From contig CAWIMG010000021.1 in assembly GCA_963837105.1 (NCBI GenBank), positions 1-64,000 of the forward strand: a stretch of 64,000 nt of DNA, read 5' to 3'. Below, piece by piece: positions 62,528-64,000 of the stretch. The stretch is from an uncultured Actinomycetes bacterium (GTDB taxonomy: Bacteria; Actinomycetota; Actinomycetes; Streptosporangiales; Streptosporangiaceae). How positions within the stretch are numbered: the stretch's first letter is position 1; every line of letters begins with the position of its first letter. Below the pieces are notes generated by a model. It ran no database searches and was not told where the DNA came from. It worked only from the letters and a program-made list of their open reading frames with translations. The position numbers and the translations under genes are program-made.

Positions 62528-63793
62528 TCACACCGCCTCGACGTGAGCCTGCAAGCCGGAGGCCGTTTGGCTTAGGGCTGCCGACACCGCCGCCACCACG
62601 TCGGCACCGGTGGGCGGGTGGAGGCCAGCGGCGAAGGCGGCCAGTTCGTCGAGGCGCTCAGCGAAGCGGAGCCAGGCCGAGCGGCGGTGCGGGAGCAGGA
62701 AGCTGGCCCGGTAGGGGAGCTGGAAGTTGGCTCCCGCCGTGACACCAGGGCGGTCGGGTCCCACTGGCAGGCGGGCGAGCAGGAGGCCGAGCGGCTTGAT
62801 GGCCCGGAACATCAGGCCGACGGCGGTATGGGCCAGGACCTGGCGCTGGGCGGGCGTCTCATGACCGAAAGCGAAGTAGCGCGCGATCATCTGCAGAATA
62901 AGCTCATACACCGCGTTGAACAGGTCGGAACACCCACCGGCGGCGGGGTCGGTGATGTAGACCTCCGGTTCGATCCCCTCCACCGCCCTCATCGCGGCGG
63001 CGACGACCGGGTAGGCGGGCTCGAAGCCCGGATCCTGCTTGCGCATCGCCCGGTAGTCATCGAGCACCGCGAGGAAGCGGCCGTAATGGGCATTTGCCCG
63101 GTCCCCCCTCGCCCCTTCCCCCTGCTCGACGATGCGCTCGATGGCCCGGTTGGTGCCATCCAGGTCGGTGATGGGGTGAAGGTCAGGCCAGCCGAAGGTC
63201 GTCTCGTCAGCCTGCTGGAACGCCGGGCCGATGAACAACCGGTCCGCGCCGAGCTTGTCCGCCAGGTGGCCGAAACCCCGCTCAATGGAGCGGTACAGGT
63301 GACCCACCGTGGCGAAATCCTGGCCCCGCGGAATGATCTCCTCTGGCCTCATCGGCTGGAGCGGCAGCCCGGCGGGCTGGAAGCCCGCCGCATCGGCGCC
63401 CTTCACCCCTTCCGGCCGCTCCAGGTACACAAAGTGCTCCAGCGCCGCCTCGCTGAACGGGAGCAGCCGCACCTGCACCCCGGGCGGGTAGCCCCTCGCC
63501 TGGTGCGGCATGTGGGGCCGGCTCACGTAGGGTGCGGACCCGACCGCGGTGAGCAGGTTCTGGACCACGGCCCAATGCAGCATCTCCTCGCGGGCGATGG
63601 TGAGGATCATTTTGCGCCAGCGCTCGACGGCCGCCACCTGATCCTGCCGGAGGCCGGGACCCGCAGTGCTCTTGAGACTGAACGCGGCGTAGAGGTACTC
63701 GCACATCAGGCCATGCTCAAGCTCAGCAGCCTGGGACAGAAGATACGTCAGCTCCTTGCGGTCCTCCACCACGATGGCCGGCTCGCTCACCAT
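62528..63793 (-). CDS. Ferritin-like (PF12902 / VioB N-terminal type) domain protein
   Basis: AELEHGLMCEYLYAAFSL...EEMLHWAVVQNLL, a di-metal four-helix-bundle signature; 421 aa. Confidence 0.65.
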   Translation of the reverse strand: MVSEPAIVVEDRKELTYLLSQAAELEHGLMCEYLYAAFSLKSTAGPGLRQDQVAAVERWRKMILTIAREEMLHWAVVQNLLTAVGSAPYVSRPHMPHQARGYPPGVQVRLLPFSEAALEHFVYLERPEGVKGADAAGFQPAGLPLQPMRPEEIIPRGQDFATVGHLYRSIERGFGHLADKLGADRLFIGPAFQQADETTFGWPDLHPITDLDGTNRAIERIVEQGEGARGDRANAHYGRFLAVLDDYRAMRKQDPGFEPAYPVVAAAMRAVEGIEPEVYITDPAAGGCSDLFNAVYELILQMIARYFAFGHETPAQRQVLAHTAVGLMFRAIKPLGLLLARLPVGPDRPGVTAGANFQLPYRASFLLPHRRSAWLRFAERLDELAAFAAGLHPPTGADVVAAVSAALSQTASGLQAHVEAV

Positions 63794-63870
63794 GGGAGAA
63801 ACGTATCGTCAGCGATGACCGCCCTCAACGGCGGGCAGACGGGCCACGGCAGGCATAACGGGCGCAGATG

Positions 63871-64000
63871 TCACCCGGGAAGATCTGGCTGGACGGGTTT
63901 CCCGGCGGCCAGGCTGAAGGCCTCGTCCGAGCTGAGTGCCATGCCCCCGGCGTGGGCTTGCTCGAATTGCTCCTGGCTCAGGTGGGCGCGCACCTGATCG
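63871..64000 (-). CDS. 3-prime end of a partial gene (C-terminus of an AfsR/TPR-type regulator-like protein); the rest lies beyond the window
   Basis: Minus-strand frame ends ...AHLSQEQFEQAHAGGMALSSDEAFSLAAGKPVQPDLPG*; the tail resembles the C-terminus of the 1124-aa protein. Confidence 0.3.
   Translation of the reverse strand, partial: DQVRAHLSQEQFEQAHAGGMALSSDEAFSLAAGKPVQPDLPG

Overview
High-GC (~70-73%) actinobacterial chromosomal segment. Gene content and synteny look Streptomyces-, Actinoplanes- or Mycobacterium-like, e.g. rpiB / Rv2466c-like DsbA / pepN in the same arrangement as M. tuberculosis Rv2465c-Rv2467. The window is densely coded on both strands. Main contents, in order: (1) a YefM-YoeB toxin-antitoxin pair; a K+ channel, a ClC channel and a disrupted MFS transporter; (2) an ECF sigma / anti-sigma pair, a VapBC pair and a TipA-like MerR regulator; (3) a four-gene minus-strand operon that looks like reductive pyrimidine (or hydantoin) catabolism: carbamoyl-amidohydrolase, dihydropyrimidinase, an F420-type luciferase-like oxidoreductase and EthD; (4) a GT2 glycosyltransferase, an SPFH/flotillin with an NfeD partner, ribokinase and a MacB-type ABC exporter; (5) a complete, translationally coupled hopanoid biosynthesis operon, hpnC-hpnD-hpnE-polyprenyl synthase-shc-(hpnG-like::ispH fusion)-hpnH, preceded by an unusually long, AT-richer leader carrying inverted repeats; (6) a PP2C phosphatase, an Eis-like GNAT, rpiB, an Rv2466c-like DsbA, pepN, malQ, a penicillin-acylase-family Ntn hydrolase, an amidase, ilvD, menA, a second SPFH/NfeD pair, an acyl-CoA synthetase, and LysE and YccF membrane proteins; (7) at the right end, the most unusual locus: a large gene fusing a Cys-less (probably pseudo-enzymatic) nicotinamidase-like domain, an APH-like kinase and a CDKN3/dual-specificity phosphatase domain, divergently paired with a 1124-aa DUF4062 / class-III nucleotidyl cyclase / NB-ARC STAND NTPase / TPR protein, next to a ferritin-like (VioB-N-type) protein. 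No rRNA, tRNA or CRISPR array was found. At least 11-12 conserved genes carry apparent frameshifts or an in-frame stop (ilvD, shc, the polyprenyl synthase, ribokinase and others). This pattern is most simply explained by indel errors in the assembly rather than mass pseudogenisation, so pseudogene calls here are tentative.
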